Positions 28,264 through 38,539 of a stretch of 64,000 bases of DNA are shown here, piece by piece. The position numbers were made by a program, and so were the translations under genes. Source of the DNA: Deltaproteobacteria bacterium (lineage in GTDB: Bacteria > Myxococcota > JACRCW01). The DNA lies in the NCBI GenBank assembly GCA_016218805.1, contig JACRCW010000076.1, positions 1-64,000 on the forward strand, read 5' to 3'. Every line of letters starts with the position of its first letter. Positions within the stretch are counted from its first letter, which is position 1. A model generated the notes under the pieces. It was given only the letters and a program-made list of their open reading frames with translations, searched no databases and was not told the origin of the DNA.

Positions 28264-29945
28264 GAGCGGTCCCCGAAAAACCGCAGCAGCCGGCGCAGCC
28301 GCGCCTTGGGCAGGCGCCCCTCCAACAGCACGTACGTGCTGATGGCGCCGACGAGGATGAACGACATGGCGAGCGCGACGGCGGGAATCACCGGAATGCC
28401 CCACACGCGAATATCCAGCTTGTTGAGCTCACCCACGGCAGCGGTGGTCAGCGCCGCCACCAGGCCCGCCGCCACCACGCTCAGTCCGACGAGCCGCACC
28501 GCCCGCGCCAGTTGCTCCAGTCCCGGGCCGGACGCGCGCACGGTCAGCTTGCCCGCCTCCAGGTCCAGCAGGATCTGCGACATCTGCAGCGGGAGGTCCT
28601 GCGCAAAGCCGATGAGCTGCAGCAGCATGCGCGGCGCGCCGCCCTCAAGCTTGCGCGGGTCATAGCGCTCCTTGAGCAGGCGCGCGGCGTACGGGAGGGC
28701 CACCGCCGTGACGTCCAGCTGCGGGTACAGATCCCGCATCACGCCTTCAAAGGTGACCGCCGCCTTGCCCAGCACGGCAAACTCCCGCGGGATGCGGATG
28801 TGGTGCTGGATGGTGAGGTCCATGATGTCCCGCATCAGCGCCTGGCTGCGGATGTCCTGCAGCACCAGGCCCATGTAGCGGTCCAGCAGGCGCGCCAGGT
28901 CCTGCTTGAAGGCGCCCAATGACACGCGCTCTTCGGCCTCTCCCATGCGGTACAGCAGGCGGGCCAGGCTGTCCGCATCCCGCAGGCTCACGGCGAGCAG
29001 CAGCGCCACCAGGCGGTCCTGCGCGTCCCGCGGCAGCCGCCCCACCAGGCCAAAGTCCAGCAGCGCCACCGTCCCGTCCGGCAGCACCAGCACGTTGCCG
29101 GGGTGCGGATCGCCATGGAACAGCCCGTCCACAAACACCTGTTCAAACGCGGCGCCAATGAACCGCTCGGCGATGGCGCGGCGGTCAGCGTCCGTGGGGA
29201 GGTCATTGAGCCGGGTACCGCGGAAGCGCTCCATGACCAGCACGGTGCGGCTGGACAGCGCCGGGTGGACGCGCGGCACGCGCAGCAGCGGCGGGTCCTT
29301 CTGCAGCGCCAGGAACGCCTGGATGTTCCGCAGCTCCAGGGTGAAGTCCAGCTCGCTCATCAGCGCCGCTTCAAACTCCTGCACCACCAGGCGGCTCTTG
29401 TAGATGCCCGCCTCCTCAAACACCGCGTCAAACACCGAGGCCAGCGTGCCCAGCAGCGAGATGTCCGCCGTCATGCGGTCCTTGATGGCGGGGCGCTGCA
29501 CCTTGACCACCACCTCCTCACCAGAGGCCAGCGTGGCGGCATGAACCTGCGCAATGGACGCGCTGGCCAGGGACTCCGGCGCGAACTCGCGGAACACCTC
29601 CTCCAGCGGGCGTCCCAGCGCGGTCTCCACCTGCCGGCGGATCACGTCAAACGGCAACGGCGGCACATTGTCCTGCAGGCGCGACAACGCGACGATGAAC
29701 GAGGGCGGCAGCAGGTCCGTGCGCGTGGACAGGATCTGCCCGAGTTTCACAAACGTGGGACCGAGGTCCTCCAGCAGCCGCGCAAAACGCTCCGCCGACG
29801 AGGAAACGTCCGCCGCGGCGTGGGTCCCCGGGGGGCCGTTGACGGCGGCGTCCTTGAGCGGGCGGCTGCGGTGCACAAGGTGCCCAAACCCGTGGCGCAT
29901 CACCACCCGGGCGATCTCACGAAGACGGGCAAGGTCCGTGGGCAT
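28260..29945 (-). CDS. ABC1/UbiB/AarF family atypical kinase
   Basis: LGPTFVKLGQ, ASASIAQVH, VKVQRP, FHGDPHPGN and LDFG motifs; C-terminal TM helices. Confidence 0.92.
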   Translation of the reverse strand: MPTDLARLREIARVVMRHGFGHLVHRSRPLKDAAVNGPPGTHAAADVSSSAERFARLLEDLGPTFVKLGQILSTRTDLLPPSFIVALSRLQDNVPPLPFDVIRRQVETALGRPLEEVFREFAPESLASASIAQVHAATLASGEEVVVKVQRPAIKDRMTADISLLGTLASVFDAVFEEAGIYKSRLVVQEFEAALMSELDFTLELRNIQAFLALQKDPPLLRVPRVHPALSSRTVLVMERFRGTRLNDLPTDADRRAIAERFIGAAFEQVFVDGLFHGDPHPGNVLVLPDGTVALLDFGLVGRLPRDAQDRLVALLLAVSLRDADSLARLLYRMGEAEERVSLGAFKQDLARLLDRYMGLVLQDIRSQALMRDIMDLTIQHHIRIPREFAVLGKAAVTFEGVMRDLYPQLDVTAVALPYAARLLKERYDPRKLEGGAPRMLLQLIGFAQDLPLQMSQILLDLEAGKLTVRASGPGLEQLARAVRLVGLSVVAAGLVAALTTAAVGELNKLDIRVWGIPVIPAVALAMSFILVGAISTYVLLEGRLPKARLRRLLRFFGDRS

Positions 29946-30009
29946 CCGGTTGCTCGTCTTAGGTTGCCGCGGGGCGCCTGTCAGCTTTCCGGCGCGGCGC
30001 CGCGGCCCG

Positions 30010-31350
30010 TCAGAAGCGCGGTGGCCACTGCGTGAGCCGCCGGGACCGGTCACCCGCATCAAGGGGCTTCAGCGCCATGGTCGCTCCGCCGGGCCCGAGG
30101 CGGTAGGCGCGCGCGGGGCTCCAGTCGTTCAGCTGCGCGGAGAGGTCCGTGCTCCCGGCGACCAGGTCCGGGCCGATCATCCCGTACGGAGCGATCCGCA
30201 GGACCTGCCGGTTCCGCGCCAGGTCCACCACGATGCCTCCGAGCCGGTAGTCGCCCTGGTCACCGAAGTAGCGCAGTTCCGCGTAGGTTCCGTCGTCAGA
30301 GACCCACCACGGGAGGAGCATTTGCGGGTTGCCGCCGCGGGGGAGCTCCACCGCCGTCACTGCGTGGCGCTCGCCGGTGGACCAGCGCACCCATGCAAAC
30401 GTGATCTGATCGGCCTCCATGAATTCCACCAGCGCCACGTCCTGGCTCGTGGCGGCAAGGACGGGTACGCGGCCCAGGTGGACGGGCTGGGAGAGCAAAG
30501 GTTCATGACCGGGTGTCAGGGCGTGCAGATCACCGGCGGTGGACAGGAAGACCAACGGGTCACTGCGGCGGAACGGCTGGGCCTGCCACATCACGGTGAC
30601 GAACGGCGGCATCAGGACACGCCCCTCCAGGACCCGCTGGACTTCCTCCGTCACGACGTAGACCCGGTCCGGGGTTGAACAACCACCGGAGGTGCCAAAC
30701 ACCAACGCGCGGCCCACGACGTTGCGGTTCCAGTTGACATCCCAGGATTCTCCCTCAGGCGACTCAAACAGCGTGGCGTACGCGCCGGAACCGGTGCTCA
30801 GCAGCAGAAAGCGCGCCGCGTGGCCGTCTTCGTTGGGACGCCGGAACAGGACCTGCACCACCACGCGGTCATCGTCCCAGGGTTCCACGGACACCACGAC
30901 GGGACCCTGTTCCGCGCCGTCGTGAACCTGGAAGGCCGGGCCCGGTTCAGACGCGTCGGGGGAGAGGGTGCGTATCCAAGGCCCGTGCTCCGCCGCCAGC
31001 TCCGCAATGACAACGTCGCGCGTCGCCGGTCGGTAGAGCGCAACTCCGGCGTGGTGGCCCGGGGGCAGCGCGAAGTGGCGGAGGTCGGTCACGTTGGAGA
31101 TGCGGCGAACGCTCACCCCGTGGGCCTCCGACAGGACCAGCAGGTCCCATTCCGGGTGAAACGCCAGCACGCGGCCGGGCGGCAGGCGCTGCGGATCACC
31201 GTCCGCCAGGTCCACCACCGACGTCACACCGCCGGGGCCCAGCGCCAGCACCGGCAGGCTGCGGCGCGCGGAGGCGCCGTGGTCCGCTTCAACGTGTTGC
31301 TGCCATGGGCCGCATCCGGCCAGCGCGGCAAGTACCAGTGGCTTCCACAT
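30010..31350 (-). CDS. Hypothetical lipoprotein, beta-rich
   Basis: Lipobox MWKPLVLAALAGC; GGAGG RBS. Confidence 0.65.
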   Translation of the reverse strand: MWKPLVLAALAGCGPWQQHVEADHGASARRSLPVLALGPGGVTSVVDLADGDPQRLPPGRVLAFHPEWDLLVLSEAHGVSVRRISNVTDLRHFALPPGHHAGVALYRPATRDVVIAELAAEHGPWIRTLSPDASEPGPAFQVHDGAEQGPVVVSVEPWDDDRVVVQVLFRRPNEDGHAARFLLLSTGSGAYATLFESPEGESWDVNWNRNVVGRALVFGTSGGCSTPDRVYVVTEEVQRVLEGRVLMPPFVTVMWQAQPFRRSDPLVFLSTAGDLHALTPGHEPLLSQPVHLGRVPVLAATSQDVALVEFMEADQITFAWVRWSTGERHAVTAVELPRGGNPQMLLPWWVSDDGTYAELRYFGDQGDYRLGGIVVDLARNRQVLRIAPYGMIGPDLVAGSTDLSAQLNDWSPARAYRLGPGGATMALKPLDAGDRSRRLTQWPPRF

Positions 31351-31550
31351 GGTCACCTCCCTGGGGCGTGCCTGCACGGACCGCGCCGCACGTCCACGGC
31401 AGGGTGTTTCCGATGACGCGCGGTCAGGATGACGCCGCTGCCCACGCCATCCACACAGCACAACACGGCCCTCACACCGGCCAGCACGTATTGTGGTTCT
31501 TACGCAGCAGGCCTTGAGGGACGTGCACGATCCTGCCGCTGGGGCGTCCC

Positions 31551-34500
31551 TCAGTTCTCCGGCGCGGACGGTGCCGTCGACGGACCCAGCGCGCGCTCTC
31601 CGCGCAGCGCGTCCGCCTCCAGGCGCGCCCGGCGCGGTGACCCGGCGGGCAGGGCGGCCGCGGCCAGGGCAAGCGCGCGCGGGCGGGCGACGGGGAACAC
31701 CGCGCAGAAGCGCTGCAGCGCGCGCGTGGCGGCTGCCACCAGCGCCGGGGGTGTCGTCGGGCGGACCGCGGGATGGAGCAGCGCCTCCAGGGCGCAGGCC
31801 CAGCCCTCCATGGTGTACGCGGCGGTGGGGCGGTTGCGTTCCATCAGGGCCACGGCCGCCGTGGCGTCGTCCACGGCGCCCCGCACATCGCCCGCGTGCG
31901 CGCGGCACAGCGCACGGATGCCCAGGCCGTGCAGGTGTTCGGCCTCCACGTGGGCTTCCTGCGCGCACGCAATGGCCGTCTCCACAATGGCGCGGGCCTC
32001 CGCCTGGCGGCCCGCACGCTGCAACACCGCGGCCACCAGGGACCCGGCCCCCGCGCGCGTATGCACGTCTCCGCGCCGGGTGCCCGCGTCCAGCGTCCGC
32101 CGTGCAATGTCCAGCGCCTCGGGCAGGGCGCCGCGCGCCGTGAGTGAGGCAATGAGCACCGTGGTGGCCTCATCGCACCGGCGCACGTCGCCGAGCGCGC
32201 GGTACAGGTCGTCGCCGTCGCGCGCCAGCGCCTCCGCGCGCGCCAGCTCACCCCAGCCCAGCAGCACCAGCGACGCGGTCAGCTTCACCCACCCGCGCGC
32301 GGCGCGGTCCTCCACGCGCGCCGCCACCGCCGCGGCGCGGCGCAGGAAGTCCCGCGGGATGGCGCCCGGCCCCAGCAGCGACGTGCCCACCGCCATGTTC
32401 CCGTACGCGCGCGCGAGCTCACCGGAGTCAACCCCGGTGTCCGCGAGGTTGAGGCAGGCCAGCGTGGCGTGGAGGGTGTGCGCGGGGTCGTTGAGGAAGA
32501 AGCACACCGGCCCCAGGCGTTCAAAGGCGCGCGCGGCCTCCATGCGCACGGCCAGGCGGGCGGCGTTGTTCTCGGCCGGGCGGACCAGGCGCCGGGCCAG
32601 GTGGACCGCCGTGGCGCCCAGCACCGCCAGGGTGGTGGCCGGCGTGGAGCGCGGCACCCGGTGTCCCATCAGCCGCAGCGCCCGCTCCAGGTGGTCGCGC
32701 GCCTGCTCAATGGCGCCCAGGTTGAGCAGCGCCTCGCCGCGCAGGCGCGCCCAGCGCGCGTGCTCCGGCCGCCCGGGTGTCGTCGTCGGCGGGGACAGCG
32801 CTTCGGCCTCATCCAGGAAGCCCAGGGTTTCACGGTAGGCCCCGGCCAGCAGGGAGACCTGCGCGGCGTGGCCCAGGTGCAGCGTGGCCCGCGGTGCGTC
32901 CCCCGCGCGCCCAAAGTGAAACGCCAGCAGCGCGTGCGGCGGCGCGGCGCCGTCCGCCAGATGCGCCAGTACCCGTTCCCCCACGGCGCGGTGCAGCTCA
33001 CGCCGCTGGGAGACGAGCATCTGCTCGTACACCGCCTGGTGCACCAGCGCGTGACGGAAGGCGTGGGTCCCCGCGCCGGCGTCGCCCTCGGCGACAATCA
33101 GCCCGGCCTCGCGCAGGCCCGCCACGTGTTCCTCCAGGCGCGCGCGGCCCGTTGCCGGCGGCAGCAGGTCGCCCACCGTGTCAGCGTCAAACACCCGGCC
33201 CACCGCGCTGGCCACCTTCAGCACCAGTTGCTGTTCCTCAGGCAGGCGGTCCACGCGCGCCGTGATGACGCCCTGGACCGTGCGCGGCAGGGCCAGCGCG
33301 TCGTCACCGTGCGCGGCCAGGTGACAGACGCCGTCTTCCATGACCAGCGCGCCGGCGTCCCGCAGCGCCAGTGCCACCTCCTCGGAGAAGAACGGGTGCC
33401 CGGCGGACCGCTGCATCACCGCGCCCAGCACGTCGTCACCAATGGAGCGGCACGCCAGGCGCTGGCCCACCAGTTCGCGCGTCTCCGCCGCGCCCAGCGC
33501 ATCCAGCACCAGGTGCACCGCCCCCGCTTCGCCCAGCAGGGCGCGCAGTTCTGCGGGTGCGGGGGTGCCCGGGGGCCGCGTGGCCACGACGAGCTGCACC
33601 TGCGGCAGTGCGCCGTGCACGCGCATGGCCAACTCCCAGCTGGCGGAGTCCAGCCAATGCGCATCCTCCAGCACCAGCAGCATGGGGCTGCGGCGGCAGG
33701 CGCGGCGCACCACCCCCAGCAGCATCTCGCGCGTGGAATGTGACCGGGCCTCCACACTCATGGCCGCCGTGATGGGCGTGTCCGGCAGATCCACCGCGAG
33801 CACCGGGCCCAGCAGCGGCACGCGTTCCACCGCCCACGCGTCCCCGGCAACCCATTCCAGCACGCGCGCGCGCCGCACCTCCGCGGAGGCGCCGGATGGG
33901 ATCTGCAGCACCTCGCGCAGCACGGGGCGCCACGCGTGGTGCGGTGCATGGCGCTCCACCGCGTCCGCCGCGCCCACCAGGCACGGAAGACCCGCCGCGC
34001 GCGCGCGCTCCAGCAGCCAACCCACCAGGCGGCTCTTGCCCAGGCCCGCGTCGCCCTCCAGCACCACCGGACCCTGCGCGCGGCCCTCCAGCGCCGCGGT
34101 GACCACTTCCCGCAGCGCCTCGCGCTCGCGCTCCCGTCCCACCATGAGCGCCGTGGCAATCACGTGCCGCGTCACCTCTGCCTGCGGCCGCCACACCGCA
34201 ATGGGTTCCGCCTTCCCCTTCACCTTGACGGGTGGCAGGTCCAGCAGGCGTACGCGCGCGCCCGCGTAGGCCGCCGTGACGCCGTCACACAGGATGTCCT
34301 CCGGTGCGGCCTGCATCAGCCGCGCGGCCAGGTTCACCACGTCGCCCATCACCGTGTACTCGCGCCGGCGGGTGCTCCCCACCACGCCGCAGAACGCGTG
34401 CCCGGTGGCAATGCCCATGGCGTGGCGGACCTGGTGACGGCGCATCACGTCCTGCAGCGCCAGCGCGCAACGCACCGCGCGCTCCGCGTCGTCCTCGTGG

Positions 34501-35453
34501 GCCAGCGGCGGCAGCCCCCAGGCCACCACCATGCTCACGCCTTTCTCGTCCACGCTGATCTTGTTGACCGTCCCCTCCGTGCGGTCCACCTGCGCCTGGA
34601 TGCCGCGCATGATGATGTCCGCGCGCACCAGCGGCGTCTCGTGCGTGGCGTTGGGGAAGTTGATGAACAGCACGCTCACCGTGCGCAGCTCGCCCACCCA
34701 GCCAGGGAGGCCTGCGTCCAGGCGCGCCAGCACGCTCTCACCCACGTAGCCGCGCAGTGCGCGCTCCGCCGCAGGGCCCACCTCCAGCTCCGGGGGCAGC
34801 GCCGCGGGGGGGACGGCGTCCTGCCCCAGCACCACGCGCGCGTCGCCGGGACCGGGCGCCAGGCGGGTCCCGGTCAACCATGGCGCCAGGCCGGGACCGA
34901 TGACGACCTGGCCCGGCTCCACCGCACCGCTGAACGTGGCGATCTCCTTGAGCGGAGGCCCGGTGACCAGCAGGTCCCAGCGCCCGCGGATCCCCCCGAT
35001 GTGCGCCAACCGCACCTCGCCACCGGCGAGGCTGATCTTGACCGCCAGCCGCTCCCCGTCGGGTGCTTCGCGCCCGGAGAGCCATTCCTGCATGCGCAGC
35101 CCGGCGTCCACCGCGCGGGCCGCGGCCGCTGCCAGGGTGTCCGCACCTACGGGGAACGCCACCACCAGTGCGTCGCCCGCGAATTTTACGACGTCACCAC
35201 CGCGGGCGAGCAGGATGTCAATGAAGGCGCCGAAATGGGTGTTGAGGATGGTGGTGAGGCGCTCCGCACCCGCCGCCGCGCCGCCGCGCGCCAGCCGCTC
35301 CGCCAGCCGCGTGAATCCCGAGATGTCCGCCAGCATCACCGCGCCCTGGAAGCGCTGTTCCGCCGCGCCGGGCTCCAACCCGGCACGCGCAACGTGGTGC
35401 TCCACCACAAGGCGGGGCAGGTAGGGCAGGGGCGAGGTGTCCGGGTTCGCCAC
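31551..35453 (-). CDS. Class III adenylate/guanylate cyclase (two catalytic domains) + AAA/STAND ATPase + TPR region
   Basis: LADISGFT, KFAGDA, DEKG, REYTVMGDVVNLAARL; Walker A GDAGLGKS; LEDAHWLD; GHPFF. Start codon is uncertain. Confidence 0.88.
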   Translation of the reverse strand: MANPDTSPLPYLPRLVVEHHVARAGLEPGAAEQRFQGAVMLADISGFTRLAERLARGGAAAGAERLTTILNTHFGAFIDILLARGGDVVKFAGDALVVAFPVGADTLAAAAARAVDAGLRMQEWLSGREAPDGERLAVKISLAGGEVRLAHIGGIRGRWDLLVTGPPLKEIATFSGAVEPGQVVIGPGLAPWLTGTRLAPGPGDARVVLGQDAVPPAALPPELEVGPAAERALRGYVGESVLARLDAGLPGWVGELRTVSVLFINFPNATHETPLVRADIIMRGIQAQVDRTEGTVNKISVDEKGVSMVVAWGLPPLAHEDDAERAVRCALALQDVMRRHQVRHAMGIATGHAFCGVVGSTRRREYTVMGDVVNLAARLMQAAPEDILCDGVTAAYAGARVRLLDLPPVKVKGKAEPIAVWRPQAEVTRHVIATALMVGREREREALREVVTAALEGRAQGPVVLEGDAGLGKSRLVGWLLERARAAGLPCLVGAADAVERHAPHHAWRPVLREVLQIPSGASAEVRRARVLEWVAGDAWAVERVPLLGPVLAVDLPDTPITAAMSVEARSHSTREMLLGVVRRACRRSPMLLVLEDAHWLDSASWELAMRVHGALPQVQLVVATRPPGTPAPAELRALLGEAGAVHLVLDALGAAETRELVGQRLACRSIGDDVLGAVMQRSAGHPFFSEEVALALRDAGALVMEDGVCHLAAHGDDALALPRTVQGVITARVDRLPEEQQLVLKVASAVGRVFDADTVGDLLPPATGRARLEEHVAGLREAGLIVAEGDAGAGTHAFRHALVHQAVYEQMLVSQRRELHRAVGERVLAHLADGAAPPHALLAFHFGRAGDAPRATLHLGHAAQVSLLAGAYRETLGFLDEAEALSPPTTTPGRPEHARWARLRGEALLNLGAIEQARDHLERALRLMGHRVPRSTPATTLAVLGATAVHLARRLVRPAENNAARLAVRMEAARAFERLGPVCFFLNDPAHTLHATLACLNLADTGVDSGELARAYGNMAVGTSLLGPGAIPRDFLRRAAAVAARVEDRAARGWVKLTASLVLLGWGELARAEALARDGDDLYRALGDVRRCDEATTVLIASLTARGALPEALDIARRTLDAGTRRGDVHTRAGAGSLVAAVLQRAGRQAEARAIVETAIACAQEAHVEAEHLHGLGIRALCRAHAGDVRGAVDDATAAVALMERNRPTAAYTMEGWACALEALLHPAVRPTTPPALVAAATRALQRFCAVFPVARPRALALAAAALPAGSPRRARLEADALRGERALGPSTAPSAPEN

Positions 35454-35530
35454 GGCGTGGGACCATACCGCAGGTTCCAGCCTGACCCAGCCCTTGTGAC
35501 CGCCACGGCCCGGGCGGCAAGGTTGCACTC

Positions 35531-36187
35531 ATGCCCGGGCATGCGCTCCTCGCGGTGGTGTTTGACATGGACGGTGTGCTGCTGGACTCGCAGGCGGCGC
35601 ACCTGGAGGCGTTCCGGCAGTTCGTGCGCGAGCACGGCGCCACTGTCGACGAGACGCTGCTGCGGCGCACGTTTGGCATGCACAACCGCGACATTCTTCC
35701 CATGCTGCTGGGCCGCCCCCTGCCTGCCGACGAGCGCGCGCGCCTGGCCGACGAGAAAGAGGCGCTCTACCGCCGCCTGGCGCGCGGGCGGCTGCGGGAG
35801 GTCCCCGGGGCGCGCGCGCTGGTGGACGCGCTGGCGGCGGCGGGCATCCCCCTGGCGGTGGGATCGTCCGGACCGCGCGCCAACGTGGAGCTGGCCGTGG
35901 AGGAGCTGGGCATGCGCGGGCGGTTCCGCGCGCTGTGCACCGGGGATGACATCCGCCACGGCAAGCCGGACCCGGAGGTGTTCCTGCTGGCGGCGCAGCG
36001 GCTGGGCGTGGAGCCGGAAGGGTGCGTCGTCGTGGAGGATGCGCCGGAGGGCGTGGAGGCCGCGCGCGCCGCGGGCATGCGCGTGCTGGCGGTGACCACG
36101 TCACGCGCGGCGGCGCAACTGGGGCGCGCGCACCGCGTGGTGGATTCGCTGGTGGGGCTGGGGGTGGCGGACCTTGAGCGGGTGTGA
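35531..36187 (+). CDS. HAD-superfamily phosphatase
   Basis: FDMDGVLLD, GKPDPEVF, VVEDA and AAGM motifs. Confidence 0.9.
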   Translation: MPGHALLAVVFDMDGVLLDSQAAHLEAFRQFVREHGATVDETLLRRTFGMHNRDILPMLLGRPLPADERARLADEKEALYRRLARGRLREVPGARALVDALAAAGIPLAVGSSGPRANVELAVEELGMRGRFRALCTGDDIRHGKPDPEVFLLAAQRLGVEPEGCVVVEDAPEGVEAARAAGMRVLAVTTSRAAAQLGRAHRVVDSLVGLGVADLERV

Positions 36188-36227
36188 CGCGCGCCGTCTG
36201 CCGCAAAGGTCCGTGTGACGCCGGCCG

Positions 36228-36680
36228 TCACTTCCCCTTGTATGCGGCTTTCAGCTTCTTCACGTCCAGCTTGTTCATCTTCAGCATGGCTGCCATGGCC
36301 CGCTGGGCTCCATCCTGGTCCTTGCCGCTCAGGCACTCACCCAGGGCGCGGGGAATCACCTGCCAGCTCAGTCCCCAGCGGTCCTTGAGCCACCCACACC
36401 GGCCCGGCTCGCCGCCGTCAGACAGCTTGCGCCAGTAGTAGTCCACCTCGCGCTGGTCCTTGCAGTCCACGTAGAGCGAAACGGCCTCCGTGAACGTGTG
36501 AATGGGACCACCATTGAGGGCCATGAACGGTTGTCCTTCCAGTTCAAAGCTGACGGACATGGGAGATGCGCTCGTCACGCGTGAGCCCTTCTTGAACACG
36601 GAGACGTAGTAACGGGCGGCCTCTTCGGCGGTGCCGTCAAACCAGAGAAACGGGGTGACGCGCTGGGTCTTGATGGGCAT
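36228..36680 (-). CDS. VOC family (PhnB / 3-demethylubiquinone-9 methyltransferase-like) protein
   Basis: TPFLWF, ALNGG and CGWLKDRWGLSWQ motifs. Confidence 0.9.
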   Translation of the reverse strand: MPIKTQRVTPFLWFDGTAEEAARYYVSVFKKGSRVTSASPMSVSFELEGQPFMALNGGPIHTFTEAVSLYVDCKDQREVDYYWRKLSDGGEPGRCGWLKDRWGLSWQVIPRALGECLSGKDQDGAQRAMAAMLKMNKLDVKKLKAAYKGK

Positions 36681-36682
36681 GG

Positions 36683-37051
36683 TCAGCTCCTGTTGGCGAG
36701 TGTGGCGCCGGCCCAACTGGCGGGCAGGCAGATGGCGATGAGGGACAACGGGTACCAGTGATGGCCGAGGTTCCACTGCGCGGCGGCGCCAAGGCTGCTG
36801 AGCAGCATCCCCACCCCGCCGAGGATCAGGGCATGTTTCACGGGCGAGAAGGGAGCCAGCCGGGCCGTGACCCAGCCGCCACCCACGGCGCACACCGTCC
36901 GGTACGCCAGGGCCAGGGCAAACAGCCCGTCACCCATGTCCTGGCCAAGCGGAGGAAACACGCCGCTGGCGTGCATGATGCCGTCCAACACAACCGCGAG
37001 GAAATTGGCCCCGACTCCGGCCACCACCGCACCGACGCTCCTGAGTTTCAT
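36683..37051 (-). CDS. Small membrane protein
   Basis: Four hydrophobic segments; translationally coupled to the ArsR gene. Confidence 0.75.
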   Translation of the reverse strand: MKLRSVGAVVAGVGANFLAVVLDGIMHASGVFPPLGQDMGDGLFALALAYRTVCAVGGGWVTARLAPFSPVKHALILGGVGMLLSSLGAAAQWNLGHHWYPLSLIAICLPASWAGATLANRS

Positions 37052-37404
37052 GGTTGCTTTCTCCGAGGGTTGTTCCCGCGCTCCGCCGGCGCAAACGCCT
37101 TCAACCGCGTGGCCCAGATGCGCGCATACGCGTCCATCCATTCCGCGGCCTTGGTGAAAGTGGCCAATTCCATCCGGCGGGGCCCCAGGCGGTTGCCGGG
37201 CTCTCGCGAAATGAGGCCCGCGGCCTCCAGCACCTTGAGGTGCTTGGAAACGGCCGGTTGGCTCATCCGGTACGGGCGCGCCAGTTCACTCACCGTGGCC
37301 GGACCCAGGCTGAGCTGCTCCAGGATGGAGCGCCGGGTTGGGTCCGCCAGCGCGGCCAGCGTCCGGCTCAGCACATCAGACGGAATGGGGCGGGAGTGTT
37401 TCAT
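37048..37404 (-). CDS. ArsR/SmtB family regulator
   Basis: ALADPTRR, SQPAVSKHLKVLE.AGLI. Confidence 0.9.
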   Translation of the reverse strand: MKHSRPIPSDVLSRTLAALADPTRRSILEQLSLGPATVSELARPYRMSQPAVSKHLKVLEAAGLISREPGNRLGPRRMELATFTKAAEWMDAYARIWATRLKAFAPAERGNNPRRKQP

Positions 37405-37419
37405 AACCTGGTGGTTATG
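37402..37419. promoter_or_regulatory. Probable ArsR autoregulatory operator
   Basis: Perfect inverted repeat CATAACC-N4-GGTTATG overlapping the ArsR start codon. Confidence 0.65.
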
Positions 37420-37500
37420 TACGGAACAGGGCACCTCCCGTCAACCGCGCGGATCCGCCGTGCGCTGCCAACGTCCTCTCACGTCGTCATCCGGGCGGTC

Positions 37501-38343
37501 TTACGCGGATGTACCCGGGGTCTCCCGTTGGCCGCGCACGAACCACCGCACGCAGAAGGCGGCGGCGCAGGCAGTCACCAGGATGCCGGGCGCGCTGGCT
37601 TCCACCCCGTAGGCTCCACCTGAGCGCAGGGCCTCCGGCGCTTTTGTGTAGGACCACAGCGACTGGGAGGTGAGCAGGGACTGCACCAGGTTCCATCCCA
37701 CGTGCAATCCAATCACGGCGGCCAGGGAACGGGACGCCAGCAGCGTGTAACCCAGAAGCCATCCCGCGAGAGAAACGCTGAGCACGGCCCACACCGTCCA
37801 GTGCGGGTTGAGCGTATGCGCCAGGCCGAACACGGTGCCCACCGCCAGCGCCACCGCATGCGGGCCCAGGGCGCGGACTCCGACGAGAAAGGGCCAGCCC
37901 CGGAAGGTGTATTCCTCCCAGGCCGCATTGAGGATGGTGGCCACCAACACGCCAAGGAGCCACAGGATCAGCTCGGTTCCTTCCAGTTTCAGCGTGAAGT
38001 CCGCCAGGCCCCCAGTCAGCACCACCAGGCCAAAGGCGCTGGCAAACAGCGCGCCGCCCGCCAACGTTGCCGTGAGACCGGCGCGCAGGTCCGCGCGCCC
38101 GGCGGGAAACAGATTGATGCGGTCATCCGCCAGCGGGCGCTGACGTCGCCACAGCAGGCGGGTCACGGCCATGGTGGCTCCCAGGGCCGCCGCGCCAGCC
38201 AGGGTTCCGCGCGCCACCGAGCGCTCCCCCAGGAAGGCCAGGGCCTCCCAGCAAACCACCTTCAACAACACGCTGAGCCCAATGAACCCCAACGCCGCCA
38301 GGATGGCCGCCGCTCGGCCTGCGCGAGGTGCGGAGAAAGTCAT
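37501..38343 (-). CDS. CPBP/Abi (CAAX-type) intramembrane metalloprotease
   Basis: EEYTFRG, FGLAH and HVGWN motifs. Confidence 0.9.
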   Translation of the reverse strand: MTFSAPRAGRAAAILAALGFIGLSVLLKVVCWEALAFLGERSVARGTLAGAAALGATMAVTRLLWRRQRPLADDRINLFPAGRADLRAGLTATLAGGALFASAFGLVVLTGGLADFTLKLEGTELILWLLGVLVATILNAAWEEYTFRGWPFLVGVRALGPHAVALAVGTVFGLAHTLNPHWTVWAVLSVSLAGWLLGYTLLASRSLAAVIGLHVGWNLVQSLLTSQSLWSYTKAPEALRSGGAYGVEASAPGILVTACAAAFCVRWFVRGQRETPGTSA

Positions 38344-38539
38344 GAATTCATCCCGGTCTCTTCCGGCGCCCGAGGCAGATAACAGATGGGCAGGGATGGG
38401 CACCAGCGGTGCGGCGCAGTCGCCAGGCCCGCGCGCGCCCGGTTGGCACCGCGTATCCTTGCTGGCGGTGGAAACAGCGGGATGACCTCAGGTCACTCAT
38501 GCCGCCAACCTTCAACCTTTGAACTGTTCTTGAGGTCCC

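Noticed and set aside
33936..36095. Long alternative-frame ORFs (also 3198..5183, 22950..24539, 43364..45025, 51458..53362, 54741..56678)
   Set aside because: Antisense or out-of-frame shadows of well-supported genes, expected at this GC content.
37048..37404. ArsR regulator as the arsenic sensor for the ArsM-like locus
   Set aside because: It has no Cys residues from the 37404 start, lies 9-12 kb away, and heads its own VOC operon with its own operator.
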